A stretch of 64,000 nucleotides of DNA from contig NC_083233.1 of the NCBI RefSeq assembly GCF_032191835.1, positions 57,226,001-57,290,000 on the forward strand, in the 5' to 3' direction. Shown here one piece after another: positions 1 to 12,257 of this stretch. The DNA comes from Heteronotia binoei (lineage: Eukaryota). The notes below the pieces were generated by a model that saw nothing but the letters and a program-made list of their open reading frames with translations, did no database searches and was not told where the DNA came from. Position 1 is the first letter of the stretch, and every line of letters starts with the position of its first letter. Made by a program: the position numbers and the translations under genes.

Positions 1-449
1 TCACATTCCCTGGCTAGTTTTCTGCTCCAAATTGTTGGCTCTTTTTGAGGAGAGGTCTGCAACAGGAGGAAGGAAGAAGTGCAAATCACCTCCCTTTCTG
101 CAGCAAAAATGCTAAGTGTGACACATCCCATTATAGTCCTAAAACCTGATAACATCCTTATCTGGAAGACACTTTGAAAGCCACTGGTCCAAAGCCGTAC
201 AAAAGCTAAAGACCATTGTCATTGGATGTTACATAACTTATATAAGAATTGCCCGTGTGCATGCATGTCCTTTGGAAGGGGGCATGATGAGTCTGTCTTC
301 CCCTGCTTATTCATGCTGCACAGCAGCCCCCCCCATCCCATGCTGGGGAGGGATGCTTGGAGTGGGGCAGTCTGCTATTCTCACCCTGTCAGGGCCTAGC
401 AGGAGGAGTCTGTCTTGCCTCGCAGCCCTGTGAAGCTCCTCTCAGGAGG

Positions 450-900
450 GTCTGTTATTTTGCACCCCCCCCCACTCCCCAATTAATTCCACGGGGGTTG
501 ATGTCTTTGCAAAGGTTCTTCCGACCCCGGGTGGGGTTTGGTGCTTCCCCCACAATTCGGATCCCGGCCAAGCTGATTAAGGGAGCGGAGGGGAAGGGGC
601 TTTGCCGCCAATAATGGCTGCCCCCTCGGCATGTGCCGGCGGGAGGGGAGCCCGGGGCAGCGCTTCGCCCGCCTTCCTCCCCGCCTGTGTGATTTTGCAC
701 ACTGCTGTGCCGAGAAATTGCAGGCCATTGCCAAGTGAGCGGTACACGCCGGTCTGTGCTTGGCAGCCAGTGTGCTGGCTGCAAGCAGAGAAGGGGGAAA
801 TGAATCCTGCGCTTAACTCTTTCTGGCCTGTTCCCCTTGGAAAGGAATCCAGGGCCAGAGATTTCTTTTTGCTTCTCTGTTGCCTCCAAAACAAAATGAT
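450..900. promoter_or_regulatory. GC/CpG-rich non-repetitive island, putative enhancer or conserved non-coding element
   Basis: Retains many CpGs in a CpG-depleted background, has no TE hallmarks and no coherent ORF; conservation not testable here. Confidence 0.35.
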
Positions 901-2254
901 TAGATTGCATTAGATTCAGAACAGTGTTGCCCAAATTTCTGATTGGGCACGCTTTTTCACTCTGAACACTGCCCTTTCACATCTGAAACAGAGTATCTAA
1001 GAATACAGCTCTCTCATCAGAAGATCCCATCTATGGTGTCTCTCTGCATGAGTCAGAGTTCAGGGAGTTCTCCTTTGATGGCCCCTAATTCTGCTATCTC
1101 TCTGCATCAGGGCTGATTTAATGCAAAGATGCAGTGCTATTGATCCCTACCCCATAGACACAAGAGGCTTGGAAAGGAATGAGGCCACAGCACTAAAACA
1201 CGCAGAGACACAGCAGGCAGCATCTTCTGTGAGTCTGAGCTCACAAGAGACTTCAGAGTTGCACTTAATTCACAATTTTTTTTAAAAAAAATTACTATAG
1301 AGGCAATTTTACCTCTTTTAATTTTACACATTTAAAAAGAGGTCACTTAAGATGGAACCAAACATTTGATCTTAGAACCTTATTTGACACCACAGAACCC
1401 TCTATTTTGTGAGGTGTAGAGTGAACCACTCAAATGGTGTATCCAACAGAGGCTCCACTGAGACATCACCAATAAATGATGTTCAATCCATGAATAAACC
1501 ACAGTTTGTTTTTTTACAATAATGAATTGAGGCACGTATGTTTAGTCCGTCACACAGCATGACAACTCCCTGGCTCCTGGAAAATAGCAATTTGTCACTA
1601 TATCTGAATCAGAGAAGGCAATGGGCAGAGCAACAAACTGTGATTCCAAACAAAACTCAGATTCCAAACAAGGATTAAACCCTGTTTTTGAATCCTGACT
1701 GAGTATAAATTACCATTCGGATGAACAGATAAACTATGTTTGTTGTGTTGACCAAAAATCAGGATTCAACTTTGTTTACTGTGGCATCCAGTTCAGAGGT
1801 GCCAACAAACTGTGGTTTCCCTGGAACTAAGAACTTTTCAGTAAACTTTTTGGGAAGTAAGTGTCAGTGAGTAGGGGGTGAGTGAGCCCTAGAGCGTATA
1901 AGACTTCTAATGAACAAACCATACTTTGTTTCTGACATCTGACGAGCTTAAGAATCTTTAGTGTGAAAATGAATTCCTGCCCCCAGAACCACTTGGTATG
2001 AATGTTCAGTTCTCCAGTATATAATCTATAATCTCTATGAGGGGAAAAAAAATTTGTTTGAAACAGATTGCTAGACCAGACTCACAGTGGAGTTTGAAAG
2101 GATGTTACATGCTAGAAAACCAGAATGTAACCTTATTAAATTTTTGTGGACCATGTTAACTATCACTACACTTCTGGACAGTCTATAAATATTTATATAT
2201 GCATGTGCTGTCAAGATGCTACCAATTTATGGCAACCCCAGCAAAGGGCTTTCC

Positions 2255-2386
2255 AGGCAAGTGAGAAGCAGAGAGATGTTCTGCCATGGCCTTCCTCTGA
2301 AAGAGTCTTCCTTGGTGCTCTCTTGTCCAAGTGCCGACCCTGCTTAGCTTCCAAGATCTCACAAGATTAGGTTATGCCATGCTACT
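2255..2386 (-). mobile_element. 5S rRNA-derived SINE fragment
   Basis: Reverse complement of CCCTGCTTAGCTTCCAAGATCTC matches the 5S internal region (GATCTCGGAAGCTAAGCAGGG). Confidence 0.6.
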
Positions 2387-3119
2387 TCCCCTCTCCTATA
2401 AATACTTCTGTTAACACAAATCTTTGCAACTTTTAAATTTTCCTTGGTGTCCATCAGTGCTCATATATGACATCTGATGTCACTTTCCCATAACAATATA
2501 TACATTTTGGTGGACAGTTTCAAGGGGTTGCCTTTCTGCTGTTTCATCTTGTGGGGTACCTTGACTGGATTCAGTTACAGAACCAGCATTCTTTTTTTAA
2601 AAAGCTAATGCCCACATCCTAATGCTCACACGCCAATTGTCTTTGTTTACTGGGGCAGTCTCATTCTTTTAATCCTTGTCATTTGCAAACCACTGCCTCT
2701 AGTTTTGGCTTTTGAAAATGACTTCTTGATTTTTTTTTTCTTAAACTGTGAATTCCTCTTGAACTCTACATACTACAGAGTTCAGCTCCCTTCTGCAGGA
2801 TCTCAAGATGTTAAGGCTTGGAGTAGGTTGATAGAGGCATCATCTGTAGTGCAAATTAATGCCCATGAAAACTATGAGAAGTCATTCCCAATGTGCCATT
2901 TTGAAACAGTAGCTGCTGAGTTTGAAGTTTTGCTAACATTTTGGGCGATAATTTATGTTTTTCTAGTATAGTCTAAACCAAAAGAACAAACACATCTCTA
3001 TTTTAAAACTGGCAGAGGACATCTGCATACACAGAGTTGATCCATGTAAAAGATGGAGAAGAGCCTTCATGAGAGGTTACAGTAGATCCACTGATTTTGC
3101 ATGCTTTGATGTGAACTGG

Positions 3120-3255
3120 ATGAGCACCAGAGAGAGGGTCTTTTCAGTAGTGGCCCCTATGCTATAGACTCACCTCCTGAAAGAGGCTTATCCCATGATA
3201 CTTCTGTGCTCTTTTACACACCAGGTAAAGCTATTATTTTCACAAGCCTTTTACA
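3120..3255 (+). mobile_element. Old L2 LINE 3' ORF2 fragment
   Basis: Translates to ERVFSVVAP-like L2 C-terminal motif. Confidence 0.5.
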
Positions 3256-3394
3256 CCTCCCTTGCAGTAGAAACTTAAGCTATTCCATTCTTCTTATTGT
3301 TTTTAGACTACTCTAGAAGATTTATAAAATACTGTTTTAAAAACAGTTTTAAGATTTTATAGCAGGAGATCTCCAGGTGCTACCTGGAGGTTGG

Positions 3395-3588
3395 CAATAC
3401 TCCCTCTAATCTGTGGAGACTTGTGAGCAAAAATTCTACTTTGTGAGCTATTGGCATTAAAGTTGTGAGCTACTGCATAAATTTGTTTGCTCTGGGGCCA
3501 TCTTTCCTGAGCTAAGCCAAAAAGCTGTGAGCCAGAGGCTATAAAACTGTGAGCCAGTTCACACTAACTCAGCTTAGAGGGAACACAG
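3395..3588 (-). mobile_element. hAT MITE (CAGTGTTCCCTCTAA family) nested in the right end of a TAGGGTTGCC-type element
   Basis: Degenerate TIRs; 8-bp TSD GAGGTTGG at 3387-3394 and 3589-3596. Confidence 0.8.
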
Positions 3589-3735
3589 GAGGTTGGTAAC
3601 CCTACCAGTCAGGTAGGCCAGACTTGGAGTCAGTGATTGGCTAAAGGTCACCCAATGGCTGAGTTGGGATTGGAACCCCTGTCCTTGCAATCCTAGTATC
3701 ACTAGACATCCACACTGACTCACAGGAAACACCCA

Positions 3736-3905
3736 CAGCCGGCCCTGCCACTAGGCAAATTAGACGATTCCCTAGGGTGCTGGTCTTCTGGGGCTGCTGA
3801 ATTGGGCAACCCCCCCATGTGACTCGGTGACATTATCAGTGTGGGGGCAGCCCCCTCCAGCAGTTAGCTTTGCCTAGGGTGCCGGACACTCTAGGGCTGG
3901 CCCTT
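3736..3905. mobile_element. hAT MITE (CAGGGCCGGCCCT family)
   Basis: GCCGGCCCT / AGGGCTGGCCCT termini; interior matches the 27477-27633 copy in reverse orientation; no TSD recovered. Confidence 0.65.
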
Positions 3906-3934
3906 TGTTTGGAGATTTGCTACCAGTCAGCCCA

Positions 3935-4090
3935 GAGAATATCAAGAGAAAGGTTTGTACTTGGATGGGAGACTGTCCTTGAAATACCAAGTTGAGAGGT
4001 GGGAGGCTGGGGCAGGCTTATTCAGCCACCTCCCTGAATATCCTCCAGGCCCCCTATAGGGGTCAGACACCAGAGATCAACATGACTTCC
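3935..4090 (+). mobile_element. 5S rRNA-derived SINE
   Basis: GTACTTGGATGGGAGAC 5S box C; body matches the reverse complement of 16212-16393. Confidence 0.6.
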
Positions 4091-4539
4091 AGGTGCATGC
4101 ATGGGTGCGCATGTGCGCACACATACACACAGTACAAAAATACCAGAGAGAGAGGCTGATGTTCCCAGGCACTATAAGGCATTTTCATACGTGTGTTCAG
4201 TGATAACAATTTTGTTCAATTTGACTCAGAAACATTCCAAATTGACTCAACAAATTCCGGAGCAGAGGCCAAATTTCTTGGGGGGGGGGCAGTTGGCCCA
4301 CACATACACATCTGACAATTGACCCAGATTTGACCAGGGCTTCCCCCCTCCCTCCCCCTTCTGGTTTGCTGGCAGTTCTGGTTCTAGGAAATGGCTTTGC
4401 TGCTCCTCTGACCTGCCCCTGGTCCGGTGACCCTGGCAGCAACATCCATTTCCTAAAGCAGCAGCCAGTGCAGGCCCTGTTGTTAGCAGCTATAGCAGCC
4501 TCCCTCCTCCCCCCACCCTGAGTCCAGCCTTGGCAGGTT

Positions 4540-4850
4540 TATGGCCCCCCTCCCAAGGCAGTAAAAAGCGACACGTCAGTGAAGCCTGCAGCTCTCCGGC
4601 CTGCCAGCTTCCGACGTGGAGAAAGCCCTCCTCCTCCTCCTCCCCGCACCGGCAGATCAATACGGAGAGCACAGAGCTGACACTGAGTCTCATTAGGGGT
4701 TAGTTTTCATCTCTCTGCTCCTTGGCAGCCTTCACATTATCCCATAAAATTTATTTACTATTTCATGAATACATAAGCAGCAGGCAAACGCCGGCTTTTT
4801 ATATATTTACACTGTATATATTTCACAGGAGAGTTATGTATGTCTCTGAG
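4540..4850. promoter_or_regulatory. Putative enhancer or conserved non-coding element
   Basis: Non-repetitive with CpG retention; CCATAAAATTTATTTAC (Hox13/Cdx-like), TGACA and ACGTCA motifs. Confidence 0.4.
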
Positions 4851-5240
4851 GCAGAGTGGAGGGAGGGAGCCAGGAACACAAGCAGAAGGAGAGAACATCT
4901 GTGAGGGAAGGAGCCTGGGAGAGGTAGGGAGGACGGGGGGAAAGGCAGGAGAGAGGGGCCTGCAGACGTTGGGGTCCGGGCGCCTCTCCTAGTGCGATGC
5001 TATGCACCCGCCTGCCCTGGCTGTCCTGAGGGCCCAGGCAGAAAATCTCAAGGTCCTCCCCAATCGAATAAACCAAACAATGGCCAACTGGTTGTCCTTT
5101 AACAGCACCCAGAATTATCTCTCTGAGGCAGCTGGCTCAACTGCCTAGAGGTAGGACTCACCCTAGCCATGATCTGGTTTAAATTTTCAGGGCAGCTACC
5201 CTAATAAGTGATTTGTGGCCCTGGTTGCCTTCTCCACTTG

Positions 5241-5440
5241 CAGGATTTTTTAAATAGAAAAAGCCCAACAGGAACTCATTTGCATATTAGACCACACCCC
5301 TGGCATCACCATTGTTTTACACCAGGCCTTTTTTGTAGAAAAAGCCCAGCGTGAACTCATTTGCATATTAGGCCACACCCCCTGACACCGAGCCTGCCAG
5401 AACTGTATTTCAATGTGTTCCTGTTTGAAAAAAAGCCCTG
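5241..5440 (+). mobile_element. hAT MITE, 200-bp form with duplicated left end and two octamers
   Basis: CAGG...AAAAGCCCTG termini; perfect 8-bp TSD TCCACTTG (5233-5240, 5441-5448). Confidence 0.9.
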
Positions 5441-5509
5441 TCCACTTGACATCTGATGTGAAGCTTCTGGTTAGAAAGGTTGACTGGTTAGTGGTCCAAC
5501 TGATCCACA

Positions 5510-5997
5510 GATGATGATGATGAAGAAGACGAAGATATTGTAATTATACATGCCCTCCACTCTGAATCTCATAGAGGCTCACAATCTCCTTTATCTTCCT
5601 CCCCCACAACAGACACCTTGTGAGGTGGGTGGGGCTGAGAGAGTTCTCCCAGAAGCTGCCCTTTCAAGGACAACCGCTGCCAGAGCTATGGCTGACCCAA
5701 GGCCATTCCAGCAGCTGCAAGTGAACGTATGAACATATGAAGCTGCCTTATTCTGAATCAGACCCTTGGTCCATCAAAGTCAGTATTGTCTACATAGATT
5801 AGCAGCAGCTCTCCAGGGTCTCAAGCTGAGGGTTTTCATCACTATTTGCCTGGACCCTTTTTAGTTGGAGATGCCGGGGATTGAATCTGGGACCTTCTTC
5901 TTACCACTCTACCACTCCCCAAAGTGGAGGAGTGTGGAATCAAACACGGTTCTCCCAGATAAGAGTCCATGCACTTAACCACAACACCAAACTGGCT
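5510..5997 (-). mobile_element. Squam3-like tRNA/CORE SINE, split by another SINE
   Basis: Same sequence as other copies, with tRNA-like head and (TTC/ATC)n tail; interrupted at 5724-5921. Confidence 0.9.
5724..5921 (-). mobile_element. tRNA-derived SINE with CR1-like tail
   Basis: Minus strand has a B-box-like AGATTCAATCC and tail GGTCTGATTCAGAATAAGGCAGCTTCATATGTTC; AAGTG duplicated at both junctions. Confidence 0.7.
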
Positions 5998-6389
5998 CTC
6001 TGGAAGTTATTCCATTCTTTGTTATTAATGCAGAGAGGTCTCTTTGTTTCTCCCCTGGTTTCTTCTCATGTGCCCTCTGTGGACGTGGGTCTCGATTGGA
6101 TGAGGCAGATCCTGGGAATCTGGGGGAGGTAGAGCTTAGACTCGGAGGCACTTGGTGCTTTTTAAAGGCAGATTTGAAGCTTCTCCTCCAAGTTAATCAC
6201 CAGCGCAGTATGATTGCTGCTTCCTGCCTACTTCTGATGAAGTGGGCTGTAGTCCGCAAAATATTTTGCTGTTGTAGAATCCAATATGCGAAGTGCCCAT
6301 TCAAATAGTTTCTAACCAATACATTTACTGAGCAAGCCCTTATTTCCTTGCCTGCACAATCCATTGTGGATACTGACCTTTCTTACAAG

Positions 6390-6583
6390 GAGACAGATCA
6401 AGATGGGTAGCCGTATTAGTCTGTCTGTAGCAGTAGAGAAGAGCAAGAGTCCAGCAGCACCTTAAAGACTAACAAAATCTTTAACAGATACTTATCTGAA
6501 GAAGTGAGCAGTGACTCACAAAAGCTCATACCCCACTACAAATTTTGTTAGTCTTGACAGGACTTGGCTGTTTTCTACTGCTG
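6390..6583. mobile_element. Penelope-like element pLTR relic, head-to-head inverted, with hammerhead motif
   Basis: 9-bp TSD TCTTACAAG (6381-6389, 6584-6592); 14-bp inverted repeat AAGACTAACAAAAT/ATTTTGTTAGTCTT; CTGAAGA-A-GTGAG-CAGTGA-CTCAC-AAAA-GCTC. Confidence 0.8.
6493..6531 (+). ncRNA. Minimal type I hammerhead ribozyme motif, probably inactive (GAAA mutated to AAAA)
   Basis: CUGAAGA core, 5-bp stem II GTGAG/CTCAC, palindromic AGCT stem III, UC site, TAT/ATA stem I. Confidence 0.65.
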
Positions 6584-6712
6584 TCTTACAAGACTTTTGT
6601 GAGGAATATCAATACATGTGAAGCATCTGAAGTAGGGATGTGTGTTTGGATATTTCTGCTATGAATGTACGAACACAAAATAACTTATCAGTGTTTTTCA
6701 GATATATTTGAG

Positions 6713-6878
6713 CAGGAGTCATTTTGTAGAAAAAAAGGTACAGGAGCTCAGTAGCGTATCTCATTTGCATATGCCTCGGGATCTGTGTGCTGCGGGGAGA
6801 GAACTCCCCACTGCATGCAGACCTGGCTGGAGGTTCAGGAGCTGTGCTCCTGTGAGCTCCTGCTGAATTCAAGCCCTG
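6713..6878 (+). mobile_element. hAT MITE carrying an octamer
   Basis: Perfect 8-bp TSD TATTTGAG (6705-6712, 6879-6886); ATTTGCAT at 6763-6770. Confidence 0.85.
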
Positions 6879-7517
6879 TATTTGAGTATATTTGGGGCTG
6901 TCATTTTAAGGCTCCTAGGACTGTTTTTCTTTAATTTTACTTGAAGTCTGTATCTTCTTGCCATCTTGGTACTGGCTTCTTAGGTAAATTTGGCTTGGAT
7001 TCTCAGGTTTGATATTGGTTCTGTTGGTCTTGCAACAATGTCCTTTGCTTAAATTCGATCATCTGGCCTGGCAGTGGTTCTGTTGAGCTTGCCAACACTG
7101 GCATGTGGCTCTTTTGGGATTCTCCGGATTGATGTTGATTCTTTTGGGTTTGTTGGTTCTGCTTGCATTTGGAGGCTTTTCATTGTTGGCTGCTTTTGTG
7201 TGTTTGGCTATTGGCTTCTTTGCTCTGAAGAAAGCATGAGATTTTCCCCCATAGGAGACAATGGCAACAAATCAGGGGCACTTTGTTGAGGAATCCATAG
7301 GAGTTGACACCTTGATCCAATTTGCTTGAAACATGGGAAGGAGTGGTCTTTAGTGGTTATCTACAATTTTGATGTTATATACTTGAAAAACAGCCATTCC
7401 ACCCTCCAGAAAGTGGCTCCTGTATGATATTATGGGCTGCCAAAATTTCACAATGCAGAGAACCTGTATTTAAATACCAAAACCAGTATCCAGATACTTG
7501 AGTAACCTAGAATACCA

Positions 7518-7862
7518 ATAATAATAATAATCTTTTATTTATATCCCGCCCTCCCCACCGGGGCAGGCTCAGGGCGGCTCACAGGACATGGCACATACCA
7601 TGATTACAATAAAATGCAATTAGTACAGTAAAATACAGTTAAAATACAATTAAATTACAGTTAGATAAATAAGTTAAAACCAATTTAAATTGAAGGTGCT
7701 ACAGTACAATACATATATATCAAGATGGCTAGATGTCATTATCAGGATTCCATCTTAAAAGCCAGTTGGAAGAGGACAGATTTACAAGCCCTGCGGAACT
7801 GATTGAGGTCCCACAGGGCTCGCACCTCCTCTGGCAGCTGATTCCACCATTGGGGAGCCATT
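7518..7862 (-). mobile_element. L2 LINE 3' end
   Basis: Reverse complement matches the 3' UTR and (TTA)n tail of the L2 at 22010-22800. Confidence 0.85.
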
Positions 7863-7939
7863 CATGCCCTTCAGGTGCACATTCCTCATCTGAAGCACAG
7901 GATAAATGCTGTTGTCCATAGTAGAATTTTGGAGGGAAG

Positions 7940-8106
7940 GTGGCATGGTATAGCTCAGTCTCATGAGATCTTGGAAGCTATGCAGGGTCAGTACTTGGAA
8001 GGAAGACTCTGCTAAGGAAGGCAATGGCAAACCACCCCTGCTTCTTGCTTGCCTTGGAACATCCTTCCTGGGGTCACCATAAGGTGGTTGTGACTTGATG
8101 GCACAT
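7940..8106 (+). mobile_element. 5S-derived SINE with RTE/BovB-like tail
   Basis: GATCTTGGAAGCTATGCAGGGTCAGTACTTGGA followed by GGCAATGGCAAACCACCCC. Confidence 0.7.
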
Positions 8107-9629
8107 CTATACATATAGCTGAATTTTAAAATACTGTTGACCTGATACAACCTTTCTAGAGACTCTGATCCCAGGAGCCCATCCTTAGGATCTTGATGGT
8201 GACATTTGTTGTTCCTTTCTGGTAACTTGGCCCTTTCACAGTCATTTAAACTCTATGTGAAACATTTGAATGTATTCCTTAATTGAATTTTTCATTGTTT
8301 GAGCCAAAGCCATTGAACATTTTGTAGCGCATTGGCCCTCCTTGCTTGACATAGGAGAAGTTCTGGATTTCATTTTCCAGTTCAATTTTGCTGTTGTGAG
8401 CAGCCAGTTGAGTTCAAGGTTTCCTCTTAATCTACCTTTGTTTTTACAGCGATTTGCTAACAGGCCTGAAGAAAAATCTCCTGTCTCGCAAATAGAAGTT
8501 TAATGTGTGAAAACAGACAGCTGAAACTTTTCATGGCACGGAGATAAATATCACCTGATAAATGCCATCCTGTGAAGCCTCTGTTGATGGGACAGGACAT
8601 TTTTTGCTCTAGGTGTTTGGCAAACCCTGAGTAATAATTGAGTTACCAGTTGGTTATATACTTTCTGCGTGGCCTTCGCTCCTTCTAGTGTGGCCTCCAT
8701 GTAGTGCTGCATTGCACCAAATGAGATCTTTGAGCCTTTAAGCTCACTATTGCCTACTTTGCCAGCAGCTTTCCAGAGTCTTGGAGTTTTTCCAGCCTTG
8801 CTTCCTGAGATCCTTAAACTGGAATGCCAGGAAGTGCAAAATATGCTTGGCCACTGAGCTCTGACTCCTCAAATCTCATGAGCCTTCTTTTAAGCATAGG
8901 ACAGAAGGTCAGCAAAGATGTGGCCAGGCAGATTTCCTCTGGGAGGAAATGCCAAAGCTGCAGCACTACTGTAGAGAAATCCTTTCTTTCAGACTGAGGG
9001 AGCACACAGACGAGAGCTTTGATAATGATCTCAGTGCAGATGTATAAATAACATGTAAATTATCTGGTGTCCATTAATCCCCGCTCCCTATTTTTAAGGC
9101 GAGTCCTGATCAGACATGTAACATAATCTTGAATTTCTGTTTCCTCCCCGTTTGGTTATTGGCAGCTTGAAAATATTTATGTACTTTGCTTCTAGCCTAC
9201 CTTTCTCACCAAGGAAACAAGAAAGAACACAATTCAGCCTGACAACATAAAAGATATCCAACTAACAATGCAATAATACTAGGATTGCTGAGTTAGGAAA
9301 CAATATATCAATAAACAACCCACAGGATTATAGTGACAAAAATTACTAAACTATGTACTACAAAAATCCGTTCTTTATAGTGAAATGTAGGTCACATTGT
9401 ATATACAATTACATATTTGAAAGCAATCTCAATATATTCTCAAATCACATGTACAGGAGGCCAACTTGATATCCTGCTTTGAAGTTTTCTTCCAGCAAAG
9501 GTACACTCTACATTTCTTTTTCTCAATGGTAAGGTAAGTGTTTTCCAAAATAGTTGCTCATCATCCTCCCTCTAGTATTGGAACATGTTGATCACACTGC
9601 ATTACAAAACATTACACGTTCCAAACACA

Positions 9630-9722
9630 GAACTATGGAGTTGGAAGGGACCCCCAGGGTCATCTAGTCCACTCCCCTGCACAATGCAAGAAATTCACAA
9701 ATACCTCCCCCTAAGTTCACAT
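9630..9722 (-). mobile_element. CR1 3' UTR fragment
   Basis: Reverse complement matches 24495-24580 of the large CR1. Confidence 0.85.
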
Positions 9723-10659
9723 AGAAATGATGCACCATAAATTACATTCTAGTTTACCCTGTGATATTTGCTTGTTTACCTCCCCACTGTTGTCCTCCCT
9801 CCTCTTCACCCACCACCTTTGTCTGTTTTCATCTATTGCTATTAGTCTAGATCCCTTCCAGGCCATCTCCAGCCTTCCCCTCATGCTTCTCTTCTCAAGG
9901 CTGCCTATCTCTCCTAATCCAACCACTGTTCATTCATCACCCTTCTGGGTCTGCCACATTCTTTATCAATTCATGTCTTTCTCCCACAAGAAAATTGATG
10001 GTGAGGTGTAGGCTGAAAAGGTATTGATGCTTGGCCACAGGTAGCCAGGCACGTGTTGCGCAGAAAATGCGAGTACCCAGCAGAAAGGGGACTCAAATTG
10101 AGATGGAATGCTGCACCAGAGGGCTTTGGCATAGCCTGAGATGTAGGACACTTTGAGGCACCACAGGGAGGTCAAAGGAGGAGCAGGTCTAAACTGAGGA
10201 GCCCAATTAAAAAAGGCAGAAATGAGGGTGCATGGAAGCTGTGGTCACAATGCAATTGGGAAGATACAGAGAATGGCAGGTTGATAGGGAAGCAGGAGGT
10301 CTGGGATGCTTAGAGTTTGACTTGTCCAAGGCTAAAGTGTGTTTGTTGTGGAGGCAAAGAGCCAGACCTGCTCTGGAAGCAGTGAATAGCCAGGCCAGGT
10401 CAGAAGGCGGGTACAGCCAAGTTTGGAGCTGAGATGATGTCTCCTGTTCTTTCGCCAGCCTGTACCCATGACTAGTTCGCCACTAGAGGCAGCAGAAAGT
10501 CGACAGTGGTGCTAGAAAGCTGGAGTAACACAGGAGACAGTAAAGCTTAATTGTGCTCAAAAATAGCAATTCATGATTACATGGAAACTCTACCCCTTTT
10601 AATAACAAATTGCCTTGACATAGTCTTTGAGAAGGCTGTGTTTGGTATTGAAGGAGACT

Positions 10660-10895
10660 AACCTTCTTGCTGACTCATGGTGGAGAGGCCCATCAATGGC
10701 TGTTAAACCATGTTGGCCCATTGACTCCATGTTTGGAGGCAGTATACCTCTGAATGCCAGCAGCTAAGAGGCAGTGGCAAAAGGAAGCATTAGCCCTTTG
10801 TGTCCCTGCTGTGGACCTTCTGGAAAATCTGGCAAAGCAGAATGTTTGACTAGACCTACCATAGGTCTCTGATCCAGCAGAGATCTTCTTATGTT
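10660..10895 (+). mobile_element. Old CR1/LF-SINE-like 3' end
   Basis: Ends GACTAGA...TCTGATCCAGCAGAGATCTTCTTATGTT; similar to 58520-58715. Confidence 0.55.
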
Positions 10896-11221
10896 GACAG
10901 AATCCCCCGTAGGCCTAATTGGTATGCCTTGAAAGTATGTAAAACCCAAACACCCACTTTTTTGTTATCCAGACTATGATTGCAAGAAGATGGTTAATAG
11001 GAAGCTCACTTGGGACAGAGGGGAAAGCAAAGGGCACATACCATTTCACCCAGTAGGTGGAGACTCACACTTAATTTCCCTGTAGACACCCCTCTGCGCG
11101 CACACACACACACACAAACACACACAACTTTCAATGGGCTTCAAATGGTAAGACTATGTTCAGTATTGCATTTTTAGCTTTCCATGCCATATGCTAGTTT
11201 TCTGTGTGCTGTAGCAGGAAC

Positions 11222-11701
11222 TAGGGTTGCCGGGTTGAATTCAAAAAATATCTGGGGACTTTGGGGGTGGAGCCAGGAGACATCGGGGTGGATCCAGGAG
11301 AAAGGTTGTGACAAGCATAATTGAACTCCAAAGGGAGTTCTGGCCCTCACATTTAAAGGGACCACCTTTTAAATGCCTTCCCTCCACTGGAAATAATAAA
11401 TAGGGGTACCTTTTTGGGGGGCTCATAGAATTGGACCCCTTGTTCAATCCTTTTGAAACGCGGAGGGTGTTTTGAGGAGAGGCATCGGATGCTTTGCTGA
11501 AAATTTGGTGCTTCTACCTCAAAAAACAGCCCCCCGAGCCCCAGATATCCACGGATCAATTCTCCATTATATCCTATGGGGATAGGTCTCCATATGGAAT
11601 AATGGAGTGCCCAGCAGATATTTCCCTCCCCTCCCCATTTTCTGAAGTGGGGGGAGGACCTCCAAACCAGGGGATCCCCTGCCCCCACCTGGGGATTTGG
11701 G
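11222..11701. mobile_element. Non-autonomous hAT (TAGGGTTGCC termini) nested inside a palindromic MITE
   Basis: Reverse complement of the 46449-46959 family; TSD GCAGGAAC/GCAGGAAT; right TIR damaged. Confidence 0.8.
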
Positions 11702-11867
11702 GCAGGAATTCCTTTGCATATTAGGTCACACACCCCTGATGTAGCCAGTCCTCCTGGAGCTTACAGTAGGCCCTGTACTAAGAGCTCTGAAACCTCATGG
11801 AGGATTGGCTACATTAGAGGTGTGTGGCCTAATATGCAAAAGAGTTCCTGCTACAAAAAAAGCCCTG
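11702..11867. mobile_element. Palindromic hAT MITE (right part; left end near 11190-11221)
   Basis: CTTTGCATATTAGG...CCTAATATGCAAAA fold-back; ends AAAAAAGCCCTG. Confidence 0.8.
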
Positions 11868-12257
11868 GCTGAGATACTGATTTATCACCTCACTGAGAAC
11901 TAGGTCCATGTGGTATGAGTTTTAATGTTTCGTTCATAGCACTCAATCTCAACTAGGTTTGTTGAGTTTTCTAGGGATATTTGGCATGCCACTGTAGGAA
12001 GCCACTGGATTAGATGGCCATGTGGGCAGATTCAACAAAGCAGTCCCTAGTTCCCAGAGCCTACATACCCTCAAGGGAAGAAAGCATCCCACGCATAGGA
12101 AACTCGCAGGGAGAAAGCTTGTGACATGGCTAATTTTCTACCTATGGGGTTCTTAGTCCCACAAGCAAGCCCTCAAACCTACAATCCAGCAAAGTAGTAC
12201 ATAATGGGAAAAGTCTGCCTTTTTGAATGTATAAATGGGCTCTCACATCATTTAAAC

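Noticed and set aside
6940-7240. K/N/P-rich open frames on the minus strand
   Set aside because: Frameshifted, built from degenerate subterminal-like repeats, and probably the interior of an old DNA transposon starting TAGGGATGTG at ~6633.
10112-10494. Two CTCF-like motifs (GCACCAGAGGGC at 10113; CCACTAGAGGCAGC at 10480)
   Set aside because: Each misses core positions (the second lacks one G); too weak without a PWM score.
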